In this document: positions 1 to 10,396 of the stretch, one piece after another | Layout of the letters: every line of letters begins with the position of its first letter | Numbering within the stretch: the first letter of the stretch is position 1 | Source of the DNA: Nitrospirales bacterium | GTDB lineage: Bacteria > Nitrospirota > Nitrospiria > Nitrospirales > UBA8639 | NCBI GenBank assembly: GCA_965203295.1 | Contig: CBDBCZ010000019.1 | Location: forward strand, 1,056,001-1,120,000 | DNA: 64,000 nt | Reading direction: 5' to 3' | Made by a program: the position numbers and the translations under genes | The notes under the pieces: generated by a model | What the model was told of the DNA's origin: nothing | Database searches by the model: none | Seen by the model: only the letters and a program-made list of their open reading frames with translations

Positions 1-108
1 GTCCTCTTTTGTCATGACCATTCCCACGCATTGGTCAGAAACGCTTATAATCCCTGGCGGTTCAGGTTCTGAGCTGCCAGTCAACCAGAAAGGGAACTCG
101 ACCAAGGC

Positions 109-483
109 ATGACAAAGATTTTGCTCGTTGAGGATAACGAATTAAATCGTGACATGCTGTCTCGCCGGCTAGAACGAAGGGGCTTCCAGGTGATTGTGGC
201 AGAGGACGGCAAGGTCGGCGTGGAATTGACCAGAAGAGAAAAACCGGACTTAGTTCTTATGGACATGAACGTGCCGAAAATAGATGGTTGGAATGCGACT
301 AAAACCATTAAACAAGATGATCAAATTCGATGTATCCCCGTGATTGCTCTAATTTCTCATGCTATGGCGGGATATAAGGAGAGGGCTTTGAAAGCCGGAT
401 GTGATGAATATGAATCTAAACCCATCGACTTTTCCAGGCTTCTGAGCAAAATATACCAGCTTTTACCCAACCAACCTAAATGA
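109..483 (+). CDS. Single-domain response regulator (CheY/DivK-like receiver)
   Basis: KILLVEDN...LVLMDMNVP...KPID receiver motifs; intact 124 aa ORF. Confidence 0.9.
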   Translation: MTKILLVEDNELNRDMLSRRLERRGFQVIVAEDGKVGVELTRREKPDLVLMDMNVPKIDGWNATKTIKQDDQIRCIPVIALISHAMAGYKERALKAGCDEYESKPIDFSRLLSKIYQLLPNQPK

Positions 484-2244
484 CTTCGACCCCAAAAGCC
501 TCCATTTTGGTCGTGGATGACAATCCCGATAATCGGGATTTATTGGTGAGACACATTCAGTCGCAAAAACATGTGGCCGTGACTGCAGATAACGGGTAAG
601 ACGCATTACAGTTGTTAAAAACCCAACTTTTTGACCTGGTCTTACTGGATATTATGATGCCCGGGATGAATGGCTTCGAGGTGTTAGAGCATATCAAGCG
701 TGAGCCACATTTGCAGACCCTTCCGGTTGTTGTGGTCTCGGCTTTGAACGAATTAGAAAGCGTGGGGAGATGCATCGAACTGGGGGCTGAAGATTACCTT
801 GTTAAACCCATTAACTCCAAATTGTTGAAATCAAGGATTACCAATTGCATCGACAAAAAACGGCACCGGGACTTGGAACAGGCACACCATGAAGAACTGG
901 CACGATCTAAAACTCAACTCGAACACGTATACGCTCAAGTCGAAAAAATGCGAGATGATTTAGCTTCAATCCTTAATCAATTGGAGATCGGAACCATATT
1001 GATAAATGACAAGGGAAACATTGATTTTATCAGTGAAGTCGCATCAAACATTTTTAATCAATCGAGGGAAGATGCGCATGGTCAAGCCTGGGAGAAAGTA
1101 CTTGCACTTCCAAAGGCCCAGGAAACCGTGCTCAAAACAATGATGAAGGCCCCTCCGCATGAACGATCCAAGGTTTCTATGCAGTTTGATTCATCGCTTG
1201 GTAAGCGGTTTTGGTTGGAAGTAGATACTAAGGAGGATCCTCAAGATCCTACCAGGAAGTTGTTCGTATTTTATGACACGACAGAAATCCATGATCTTCG
1301 GCAAATCATAAATAAGGAAACACAATTTCAGGACTTGGTAGGAAAGAGTCAAGCTATGCGGGAGGTGATCAACGCATTATAGATGTGGCCCCCCTCGATG
1401 TCCCCGTCCTAATTACCGGAGATACGGGAACGGGGAAAGAACTGGTGGCGCGAGCCATCCATTCTTTAAGCCATCGGAAAACAAAACCGTTTGTGGCGCT
1501 CAATTGCGCGGGACTAACAGAAACCCTTCTAGGCAGCCAACTATTTGGTCATAAAAAAGGTGCTTTTACTGGAGCTACGGAAGATCACCAAGGCTTGTTT
1601 GAAGCCGCAAACCAAGGAACTTTATTTCTTGATGAAATCGGTGACATGCCTCCGACTATTCAGGCAACATTATTGCGTGTACTGCAGGAAAAAGAAATTC
1701 TCCGATTAGGAGAGTTTATTTCCTGAAGGGTCGATGTTCGCATCTTGGCTGCCACACATGCACATTTGGATGAACAAGTTAAAAGAGGAAAATTCCGCTC
1801 CGACTTATTATACCGTATACGGGTAGGCCGAATTCATCTACCAAGCCTGCAGGAGCGGCGGGAAGATATGCTTCGGTTTTTTTAGGACAAGCCAAGGCAA
1901 CCAGCGGAAAAGCCAACGTTAAAGACATCAGCCGTGAGGCTATGCAATTTTTGGTTCGATATCCCTGGCCGGGGAATGTTCGCGAATTAAAAAGCGCGTT
2001 AGATTTCTCTCTCATCCATTGTCGATATTCTTCTATTCAGGCTACTGATCTGCCTCCAGAAATTGCCAATGTGGATCCTCAAGTCTTATTGAGTGGAGAG
2101 ACCGAGCCCGACGAAAAGGAACGGATAGCCGCAGTTCTGAAATACACCAATAATAATAGGTCCGAAGCGGCAAGGATATTGGGCATGAGTCGTTCCACGT
2201 TTTATCGACGTCTGGTGGGTTTGGGTTTAGCTGCGGAAGAATAA
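480..2244 (+). pseudogene. NtrC-family sigma54-dependent response regulator (receiver-PAS-AAA+-HTH), disrupted
   Basis: ATG at 480 (MTSTPKASILVVDDNPDNRDLL) with in-frame TAA at 597-599; frameshift near 1370; GDTGTGKE and GAFTGA motifs; in-frame TGA 1724-1726; deletion/frameshift near 1870-1885; WPGNVREL and Fis-type HTH at the end. Confidence 0.9.
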
Positions 2245-2632
2245 AAAGGGGTGCGCGGCGCGCACGCCACCTCTGTATGGACCCCTCATTGTGCATTTCC
2301 TCCGGGTGAGTTTCTCTCTTCGATGCTATCGGCTTAAATAAATTGTCTTGGTTTCAGGGAGGGAATCAGAAGGTATTGCTCATTCATGAGCAACCAAAAT
2401 AGTTCTCCATCCGTCCGTGCGTTTTGCCAATCAGAGATTATTTGACAGGGGTTTGAATAAGAGGGTGGGAGTTTTTGCGACGAGAAGGGAGTCTCGTCTT
2501 GAATCTTGCAGGGTCTGTTCAAGTAACAGATAACATGGTTTGTTCAGGGAAAACCCTTGCAATCACACATCGCTGAATGAAGCGCTGACGCGCAGTGTGG
2601 TTAGCCCAGTTTCCTGACCAGTGTGTGTGGTG

Positions 2633-2923
2633 CTAGTCATAGGTGTGTTCGTCTCGCTTGAGGAGTTTCAATAAGATGACCTTTTTTTGTTGGTCGTCGA
2701 CATCGTAGAGTAGTCGGTACGGGCCGACACGGAGCCGATACTCCGCCGTGAATTGTGACACGATCAATTACCCCCTGAGTCGTTTGGTCCATTTACCTTG
2801 TGGGTGAGGGTTTTGGGCTAGCGATCTGATAGCTTGCATGATGGCGACTTGATAGTCGTTGTGAAGTTTGGTGAGAGTTTTCTGAAAAGCGCGCTCAACC
2901 CGCTCGCTGGGGAAGATGATCTT
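2633..2923 (-). pseudogene. RelE/ParE-family toxin, disrupted
   Basis: Manual translation: KIIFPSERVERAFQKTL...NPHPQGKWTKRLRG*LIVSQFTAEYRLRVGPYRLLYDVDDQQKKVILLKLLKRDEHTYD; in-frame TAA at 2768-2770; no start codon evident. Confidence 0.8.
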
Positions 2924-3203
2924 AGAGGTCCATCTTTCGAAAGAGTCGTTCGGCCGGAACCGCTTTCCCTTTCACGTACTCGCCTCGAGACCGAGCAATC
3001 TCTTGGATGAGTCTTCTATTCTTGAGCTCATCCAGCATTTCTACAAGGTCGAGCATCTCCTCGTAGGGAACCAAAAATGAGACGGGCTTTCCATGAGACA
3101 GCACCATCGAAGGCGACTTCGAGCGAATGAGTTGTGATAATTTCGCTTGCGCTTCTCGGACGTTTACGGGTTTGGCTTTTCGAAGCAATGAGGTTGTGGT
3201 CAT
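2922..3203 (-). CDS. Phd/YefM-family antitoxin
   Basis: VNVREAQAKLSQLI...VLSHGKPVSFLVPYEE pattern; directly upstream of the RelE remnant. Confidence 0.85.
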   Translation of the reverse strand: MTTTSLLRKAKPVNVREAQAKLSQLIRSKSPSMVLSHGKPVSFLVPYEEMLDLVEMLDELKNRRLIQEIARSRGEYVKGKAVPAERLFRKMDL

Positions 3204-3427
3204 CGTGTTGTCTTCCTTCCGATCAAGTGCCTTGCAGATGTATAGGCAATATCAATGTTTACTTTCTTTGGCAAGAGCTGGAGGCGTGCCACTTAAGAAT
3301 GAAGATGGGGTCGAAATAGTCTTGACTTTTCTCAAGACAGAAGAAGTCAAATCCTTTGTTAACAATTGTTGTACCACATGCGATGTTCATTTCGCGGGGC
3401 TTTCTGGTTGATCGCCTCTAGAGGCAC

Positions 3428-3572
3428 TGAGTTATGCCCCTGTAAACGGTGTGAGGCAATTTGAGAGTCGGTTTGCCGCCAGCGATCGATGATGAGCTGA
3501 GCGTACCGCCCTGTTCGGAAGATTTCCCCCCTTCAGCACTTCATCGCGCATCTTACCTTTGATGTTTTCTAA
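3428..3572 (-). mobile_element. IS3-family (IS407-like) relic: transposase C-terminal fragment plus probable right inverted repeat
   Basis: Minus-strand reading ENIKGKMRDEVL(K)GEIFRTGRYAQLIIDRWR (one extra G) resembles the IS3 integrase tail ESFNGKLRDELLNGEIF..EAQ..IE.WR; ends in ACACCGTTTACAGGGGCATAACTCA. Confidence 0.6.
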
Positions 3573-3647
3573 GGTGTGAGGAAGATTGAGGGGCAAGTCT
3601 TCCACTGCCATACGGCACGATGAATTTTCTGACCATACGATGTCGCC

Positions 3648-4820
3648 TTATGGAATGTCTCGAATTTGAATCGAATCGACCCGTTGCTGAGCTAAGACGT
3701 CTGAGATAATCACGACAATCCTTTTGGCTTGTAACCCATCGGCGAGTTTGACAGCCGCCACCGCCAATTGCTGTTTGTCTGCTGTATTTTGTAGGTGTTT
3801 CGCAAACTGCAAGCCTGGAATCGCTTCGGTTTTCGCTGTAATTTTTCGCAGATGCTCAATACATTTAAGCGGATATTTTCCGACCGTTGTTTCTCCGGAG
3901 AGCATGACGGCATCGACTTCTTCATAGATCGCGTTGGCTACGTCGGTCACTTCGGCGCGGGTGGGGATTGGATTCTGAATCATGGATTCCAGCAGATGGG
4001 TCGCGACAATGACGCGCTTTCCATATTCAGCGCATAGCCGTACAATCTTGCGCTGCACGTTCGGCAAATCTTCTAGGTTGATTTCCACTCCCAAATCTCC
4101 ACGAGCCACCATAATGCCATCCGATTCCTGAATAATGTCTTCCAGATTGCGAACCCCTTCCTGATCTTCAATTTTTGCAATAATTTTTGCCTTCCCAGCT
4201 TTACTGCCCATGAGTTTTTTTAATTGCCGGATATCTTCAACTTCTCGAACGAAAGAAAGGGCAATAAAGTCCATATCACGTGATAATCCAAACAGATTAT
4301 CTCTTTCGTCCTTTTGAGTAATAGCAGGGAGATTGACCCGGATCCCAGGCAAATTGACATGGCGTTTGCTTTTTAAGACCCCACCATCCAGAACGCGGCA
4401 CTGCATAAGTCGGTCTTCTTTTTCCAGGACCTCAAGATTGATCAACCCATTATCCACGGTAATCTTATCGACCATATTCACCGTCTCGATTAAATCGGCA
4501 TAGTTAATGTGAATAGAGCTTTCTTCTACATCCATAGGCCCTCGCGCCGTGATGGACACAATCGTGCCTTGCTTTTTGAGATCGACAGACAAGTCCCCTG
4601 TCCGGATTTCAGGGCCTTGCGTGTCCAAGAGAATAGGAATAGGAAACTCGACCTTTTTATTGATCGTCTTGATGTGTTTGATCACTTTGGCGTGAGATTC
4701 GTGATTTCCATGGGACATGTTCAAGCGAACAATGTTCATGCCGGTGTGATACATTTTGTGCAACATTTCGTAGGATTCTGTTGCCGGTCCGATGGTGCAG
4801 ATGATTCTGGTTTTTTGCAT
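3648..4820 (-). CDS. pyk: Pyruvate kinase with a shortened C-terminal domain (probable in-frame deletion; may be non-functional)
   Basis: RIICTIGPAT, LLDTQGPEIRTG, MVARGDLGVE, MLSGET motifs; only 390 aa, jumping from KRIVVI to ISDVLAQQRVDSIQI. Confidence 0.85.
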   Translation of the reverse strand: MQKTRIICTIGPATESYEMLHKMYHTGMNIVRLNMSHGNHESHAKVIKHIKTINKKVEFPIPILLDTQGPEIRTGDLSVDLKKQGTIVSITARGPMDVEESSIHINYADLIETVNMVDKITVDNGLINLEVLEKEDRLMQCRVLDGGVLKSKRHVNLPGIRVNLPAITQKDERDNLFGLSRDMDFIALSFVREVEDIRQLKKLMGSKAGKAKIIAKIEDQEGVRNLEDIIQESDGIMVARGDLGVEINLEDLPNVQRKIVRLCAEYGKRVIVATHLLESMIQNPIPTRAEVTDVANAIYEEVDAVMLSGETTVGKYPLKCIEHLRKITAKTEAIPGLQFAKHLQNTADKQQLAVAAVKLADGLQAKRIVVIISDVLAQQRVDSIQIRDIP

Positions 4821-5304
4821 ACGTCCTTATTATGATAAGTATCTACCGCCTCAGCAGTTCGAGAGGTCAGGGCCTCTTGCCCTCGCTGCTGAATTTCATG
4901 AAGCGACCTGCCGGTGCCGGATTATAGCACGGCCTGTTGCCGACAGAAGACAGCCCCCCCGGAGACGGCTTTTCCTATCAGGTCGAGTCGTAGCCCCTGC
5001 ACATCGTGAGTGATGCGACCTGTCCCCGTATTGACGGAGTAGTCGAAACATAGGCCTAGAAGCATTGAAGCGGCCGGTGGGGGCTAATGCTTTTCGTTGA
5101 TTGACCTCTGACCCAATTCCTCTCTCTAAGTTAGGACCAGTGAACCAAATCCTATTGGACACAGTAGTCGCCTTTGCCAGTCCTTCCATCGTTTGGCCTG
5201 CGGCATGAGCGGCTCAGTTCCAGATTGCTTTTGCCTCCTCTCCTCCCTATGATCACTGAGAAATTAATCCGCTGACTATCCACGACGGGAGTATTGTCCC
5301 CCAA

Positions 5305-5526
5305 GTGAAGGGAGCCTGCACGATGAACCTTTCTGACCTTTCCCTGAAGGAACTTAAAGATCTGGTCAATGGCATGGTGGACGATCGTCTGTGTGAGCTG
5401 CTAGGTGATCCCGATCTTGGCTTACCCTTGGAGGAGACGGTCCGTGCGCGTTTGAAGCAGTCCCTAGCCTCGTCGGAACGGGTCACCGGGGATGAAATAG
5501 CTGAAAAACTGGGCCTTCATTGGTGA
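5305..5526 (+). CDS. Putative antitoxin
   Basis: Short acidic ORF (LLGDPDLGLPL...EIAEKLGLHW) directly upstream of a RelE-like gene. Confidence 0.65.
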   Translation: MKGACTMNLSDLSLKELKDLVNGMVDDRLCELLGDPDLGLPLEETVRARLKQSLASSERVTGDEIAEKLGLHW

Positions 5527-5532
5527 CGTGGT

Positions 5533-5832
5533 ATGGCTTGGTATCGTGTCGCCTAACTGCCTTCGGTGATTGAGGACCTTCTGGCCACCGAGAAGGGCAT
5601 GGCCCAGCGTCTTTTTGATAAGACGAAGTGGCTGGCCTCCAATGTCGAGAATCTTCGACATGAGACCCTGGATGCGGATTTACCCGGTATTGCCCAATAT
5701 GCGGTCGGTGACTGGCGCATTCTCTATTCAATTGACCGCGATGACCACGTCGTGGATATCCATCGCATTGGTACTCGTGGGAAGCTGTACCGAAGCCGCG
5801 CGGCGCAAAACAAATCATGTCCACTCACATAG
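5533..5832 (+). pseudogene. RelE/StbE-family toxin with early nonsense codon
   Basis: ATG 5533 MAWYRVA* (TAA 5554-5556), continuing in frame LPSVIEDL...YAVGDWRILYSIDRDDHVVDIHRIGTRGKLY. Confidence 0.8.
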
Positions 5833-6012
5833 GTTCAAGAGCTACACTTGAAGTATATTCTTCACATTTACATGAAAAAAGTTCATCATAAATAATTGGT
5901 GATGATTTCCCGTCCGCTGGCAAAAGGCCCTGGGGGAGGGGCACAGGGCGCAGACCCTTTGGAAAAGGAAAATGGCTGATTACCTATCTCAACGGGGAAG
6001 GAGGCACATACC

Positions 6013-6393
6013 ATGGTTTCGATCACAGAGGTTATGAGTAAAGAACTCAAGAAAATTCCTTGCGAGGCGTCAATCGCCGACACTGCCCAAAAAATGCGTG
6101 ATGAGCAAGTGGGAACCCTCCTCATCGAACGAAATGGAGAACTTATTGGCAGTGTGACCGATAGAGAACTGGTGCGAAAGGCGGTGGCCGATAGGAAAGA
6201 TTTAGAGAACACCACGGTGGAGAGTATCATGACGGCTCCCTTGAATAGCATCGCTACCACCCAGACCCTTCTGGACGCGCAGGATAAAATGAGGGATCTT
6301 GGTGTGAGGCATCTCGTGGTTCGCGAAGCAGGGAAAATGGTCGGCATTATTTCCGTAGGGGACCTCTTGGCATACTTCACATGGCGGGCTTAG
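6013..6393 (+). CDS. CBS-domain pair protein
   Basis: GSVTDRELVRK, VRHLVV, VGIISVGDL; RBS GGAGG. Confidence 0.9.
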   Translation: MVSITEVMSKELKKIPCEASIADTAQKMRDEQVGTLLIERNGELIGSVTDRELVRKAVADRKDLENTTVESIMTAPLNSIATTQTLLDAQDKMRDLGVRHLVVREAGKMVGIISVGDLLAYFTWRA

Positions 6394-6507
6394 AGCGATT
6401 TACCCGGGCTTGCCGAGAGAGGCTCCCCTTCAGAGGTTTGTCTGTGTCATAATTCGTCCTCAAATTTTAAGTGCGACATCTGGCTCCCTTTACTAAGGAG
6501 GTAGAAT

Positions 6508-6867
6508 ATGGGACCTACAAAAGTCATACCCAAAGATGGTGCCCTCTACGAGGTGAAAACAGGTAAACTGGTTCAAGACGGCCTTCCGACCCGAAAGGAG
6601 CAGGAGGCGTATGCTGCTCGCCATTACATTGCGTTACCGGTGGTTGATAAAGCCGGAAATCCTTGTGTTCTTGATGGTCAACCGGTGTATTGCTTCCGTG
6701 GAACACGGTACGAGACCGTCGATGATCAGAAGATCCAATTGTCCCGATGTCTCGATTATGGGGGGATGGGAATTAGGGATGACGAGACTATGGTGGAATC
6801 GGATTGTATTCGGTGTGTTCAATGCGGGCATGAGTTTGATACCCGCTTGGAGATGATGGAAACCTGA
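6508..6867 (+). CDS. Hypothetical protein with C-terminal zinc-ribbon-like motif
   Basis: RBS AAGGAGGT; CIRCVQCGHEFD; first knuckle reads RCLDYG (possibly a degenerate CxxC). Confidence 0.65.
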   Translation: MGPTKVIPKDGALYEVKTGKLVQDGLPTRKEQEAYAARHYIALPVVDKAGNPCVLDGQPVYCFRGTRYETVDDQKIQLSRCLDYGGMGIRDDETMVESDCIRCVQCGHEFDTRLEMMET

Positions 6868-7053
6868 GGGCCCAAGACACCGCCTTTTTTATTGGACCGA
6901 GCCTCACTTGATATCAGACGAGACAAGGCTGTTTTCTGTTGTCCAGCTTGGCAACTCAATGACTCCGTTTACCCTTTCCCTTTGCTCCAGGGCAAGTAGC
7001 AACTCACCTCCAGCGTTAGGCTGCGTGCAGCAAGTTCAGCGTGAGGGTCTTCT

Positions 7054-7529
7054 GTGATCGAAGCAGAAAGACTCATGCGACTTGCCATCAAAGCGGCTCG
7101 GCAAGGAATCTCAGAGGGGCAGAGTCCATTCGGTTGCTCGATCAGTGTAGGCGGAGAGGTAGTTGCCGTCGCACACAATACCGTGCTTGCATCCATGGAC
7201 ATTACGGCTCATGCAGAGGTTGTGGCTCTACGCGAAGCATGTCGGACCGTTGGCAACATTCACCTCAACGGCGCCCTTTTGTGGCGTGCACCTGTGAGCC
7301 CTGCCCTATGTGCATGGCGGCCCTTCACTGGGCACGGGTAGAGACCGTGTACTATGGGGCTACTATCGGTGATGCGACCGCGTCGGGTTTCAACGAGCTC
7401 ACTCTTCCTGCCCAAGAACTTCTCCGAATCGGTAAGAGCAAGGTCACGCTGGTTCCAGGTATTCGGGATCAAGAGTGCCGTCGGCTGTTCGACGAGTGGC
7501 GAGTATCTCCCGCGTACCAGCCATATTAG
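7054..7529 (+). pseudogene. Nucleoside/guanine deaminase (GuaD/TadA-like, CDA fold), frameshifted
   Basis: SPFG, TAHAEV in one frame and TCEPCPMC..ALHWAR in the other; shift near 7275-7281. Confidence 0.85.
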
Positions 7530-8033
7530 CTGCGTCCATCTATTCATCGGCTTGGTGATAGGTGCACAGGTCTTCCAGGCCTCGCCAAGCCGTCATGCGC
7601 CTGCGGTGGTATTGGCGATCATTCCGAATATCGCGGCTTGGGGGCAGACTCAGGTGAACGGTGCGTTGGCTGCAGCCGGCACCTCAGCCCACGATCTAGG
7701 AATGGCAAACTGGATAGTACCGGTGTCGTCTATCATGGCATGGAACTGGTCGGTGGTGGTGCGGTGCTTGGCGGTCTCATCCTCGGTGCCATTGGCGCGT
7801 TCATCATCGATCGTCGTTTCCGATGGGCTGGGATCTATGCCCTTGCGGGTGCGGTGTTTTCGTATTTCGGTTTCATTCATGGAGAGAAGCTGGAGTGGGG
7901 CGCGTCACCGACGGTGGCGCTCGGTTACGTGATCATGGCTGGCTTGTTTCTGTTCCTTCACACTCGGCAGGTTACGGCTGGCGAGACAATCACCTGGGAG
8001 CCGCTATCAAACGAAGAAACAGCCGAAGGCTGA
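7530..8033 (+). pseudogene. NCS2/AzgA-like nucleobase permease, C-terminal remnant only
   Basis: LFIGLVIGAQVFQASPSRHAPAVVLAIIPNIAAW...GGGAVLGGLILGAIGAFIIDRRF...FGFIHG; N-terminal part absent; frameshift near 7705. Confidence 0.7.
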
Positions 8034-8052
8034 CCAAATCCTGGGAGTCACA

Positions 8053-8448
8053 ATGACCATGGCATTCGAACTCTTCGTTAACAGGACGCTCATGCGGGGC
8101 CTCACGCTACACGGCAACCTGGATGGCGCGGAATTTCTTGGTGAGTTTCGCACGGCGTCCATCTATCGGATCTATTCGATCGAGGATCGCCATCCAGGTA
8201 TGTTCGAAGTCGAGAACGGCGGGATCTCGGTGGTTGGAGAACTGTATCGGATGAGCGATGAGATCTGGCGTCGGGTCGAAGAGGGCGAGCCACCCAACCT
8301 CTATTGCGGTCCGGTTAAGCTCGATGACGGACGCGTGGTAAACGGTATTCTGTATCCACGCGAATTAGCCGAGAGGCATCATCAGGACATTTCGCAGTTC
8401 GGCGACTGGCGTGCTTATATGTCGAGTAAGGACAAAGAGATCCGATAA
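8053..8448 (+). CDS. Stand-alone allophanate-hydrolase C-terminal-like / gamma-glutamylcyclotransferase-fold protein
   Basis: LFVNRTLMRGL.LHGNL, HPGM, GELY, EPPNLYCGPVKLDDG, DISQFGDWRAY. Confidence 0.75.
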   Translation: MTMAFELFVNRTLMRGLTLHGNLDGAEFLGEFRTASIYRIYSIEDRHPGMFEVENGGISVVGELYRMSDEIWRRVEEGEPPNLYCGPVKLDDGRVVNGILYPRELAERHHQDISQFGDWRAYMSSKDKEIR

Positions 8449-8450
8449 TG

Positions 8451-8605
8451 GGGCTGTTGAAAAATTCCGCCAGCGGCGTTCTCGGTCCGTTGTCGTGCTC
8501 ATGTACTGTCGTGTACGCTCCGCGCGCCAACGGCCCTGCGGCCTTGCTGGACCTGGCTCCGCCGAAGCAGCTTCGCGCAAGCGAGCGGGCCTTTTTGAAC
8601 AGCCT
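8451..8605. repeat. MITE-like element, copy 1
   Basis: Ends GGGCTGTTGAAAAA...TTTTTGAACAGCCT; shares CCGCCAGCGGCGTTCTC, GTACGCTCCG and GGCCTTGCTGGAC with the copy at 13390. Confidence 0.8.
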
Positions 8606-8740
8606 TCTTTCCTTCTGCCGCACGAGGGTATTGGGCAGTTGTCGTGAATTTGACAAATTTTAAATTATTCAACAGACCCATAATCGAAGCCCCGCGAGGA
8701 GAGATCACGTTCGGAAACAGTGATCGGAGAGGAGGGAAAG

Positions 8741-9430
8741 ATGAGCCAGGCTAGCTTCAAAGCAGAGCCCTATCCGCTGCAGTTTGATCCTGCAACCACG
8801 GCATTGTTGATTATCGATATGCAGCGGGATTTCCTGGAGTCTGGGGGGTTCGGCGAAATGCTTGGCAACGACGTGTCACTATTGCGCAGTACCATCGAGC
8901 CTTGTAAACGCGTGCTCGAGGCCGCCCGTCGTATCGGCATGATCATAATTCACACCCGTGAAGGCCATCGACCAGATCTGGCGGATGCCCCACCGGCAAA
9001 ATTGGCGCGCGGCAAGCTCAAAGTCGGAATTGGCGATCAGGGACCGATGGGCCGCGTCCTGGTCAGAGGCGAACATGGCCACGATATCATTCCTGAGCTC
9101 TACCCTACGGCCGGCGAGCCGGTGATCGACAAGCCGGGCAAGGGTTCCTTCTACGAAACCGATTTACAGCTCATCTTGCAGAACAACAAAATCGCCACCT
9201 TGATCGTCTGCGGCGTGACCACGGAAGTCTGTGTGCATACCACTGTGCGCCAGGCCAATGATCGCGGGTACGAATGCCTGGTGGTCTCAGATTGTGTAGG
9301 GTCTTATTTTCCTGAATTCCAGCGTGTTGCACTTGAAATGATCAAGGCGCAAGGCGGTATCTTCTGTTGGGTCACGGATTCACAGGAAGTAATTAATGTC
9401 CTCGGTCGCCTCGACAAGGTCAAGGCATGA
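8741..9430 (+). CDS. Cysteine hydrolase (isochorismatase family), triuret hydrolase TrtA-like
   Basis: IIDMQRDF, GGFGEMLGND, HTREGHRPDL, DKPGKGSF, GVTTEVC, SYFPEF, AQGGIF; catalytic D-K-C triad present. Confidence 0.8.
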   Translation: MSQASFKAEPYPLQFDPATTALLIIDMQRDFLESGGFGEMLGNDVSLLRSTIEPCKRVLEAARRIGMIIIHTREGHRPDLADAPPAKLARGKLKVGIGDQGPMGRVLVRGEHGHDIIPELYPTAGEPVIDKPGKGSFYETDLQLILQNNKIATLIVCGVTTEVCVHTTVRQANDRGYECLVVSDCVGSYFPEFQRVALEMIKAQGGIFCWVTDSQEVINVLGRLDKVKA

Positions 9431-9464
9431 GTTGAATCGCCCCGTTTCTGGAAGCGACGCTGAA

Positions 9465-10396
9465 GTGATTCGCATCAATGCTATCGTAGCAGGACCGCGC
9501 GTTCAGCGCGATCGGTTTTCCGGACAGGTGCATAGCGTCTTTCGCAATGCCTGCAACGTCATGCTGGTTATGGTGACATGCTGTCGTTACTAAGCCGCGA
9601 CATGGGCTGTGCCCCACACGGAGTCCGTTTGGCAACGCCGTCAGAGTTTTCCTTTCTTGATCGTGTCCGTGCTGGGCAAACTGTGGGATGCCGGGCCGGC
9701 GTGCTTCGGTTTCAGAGCAGTGCTCTTGAAGCCAATCTTTCAACGGCACAGATCTGGCGTTTTGACGATCATCTTGAGCCCATTAATTGGGCGAAGCAAA
9801 ATGTTCAACGGGCTTGGCAGACGGCCTGGGAAGGATTGCGACAAGCTCAAGCGGCGGTAGAAGAAGATCCCGATGTTACAGCTCAGTATCTATCAGGCGA
9901 AGCCGCGAGAGGTATTTATCGCCTCACCCACGTTATGCGGCGTTATCGATTGGCGAAGATAACACGTATTGCCGAGGGCATGGTGGGTTGCGGCCGCGGT
10001 TTGACTCCCAGCGGTGATGACTTCCTAGTCGGGTACCTGGCCGGACTGTCCAGCGCGGCGCAGTCCAAAATGCAGCAAGCCGCACGCTTTGTGCTTGCAC
10101 GGGCGATTAGCGGACGGGCTCATGAGACGAGTGATATCAGTCGAACCTATTTGCAACAAGCTTGCGCAGGTTTTTTTAGCGAGTCTCTCGCTAATCTGCT
10201 TGCTGCGATTGCTCACGGTCAGTCCACTGATGAGGTTGCATGCCAGACCGTGCGCGCTCTTGACGTCGGTGCCTCTTCCGGCCGCGAAGGTGTCTTGGGC
10301 TGTCTGTTGGGATTGGTCACGTGGGCTAAACCGTTGCCACCTGCGACTCATCAGTGGTTTGTCGAACAAACATCGTTATTAGAGTTCGTACCATGA
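9465..10396 (+). pseudogene. DUF2877 / AllH (YlbF)-like protein, frameshifted
   Basis: GQVHSVFRNACN at the N-terminus; frameshift near 9570; GCGRGLTPSGDDFLVG and VGASSG motifs. Confidence 0.8.

Noticed and set aside
6870..7053. Guanidine or purine riboswitch upstream of the ureide operon
   Set aside because: No recognisable aptamer motif; the region looks like a deletion-trimmed remnant.
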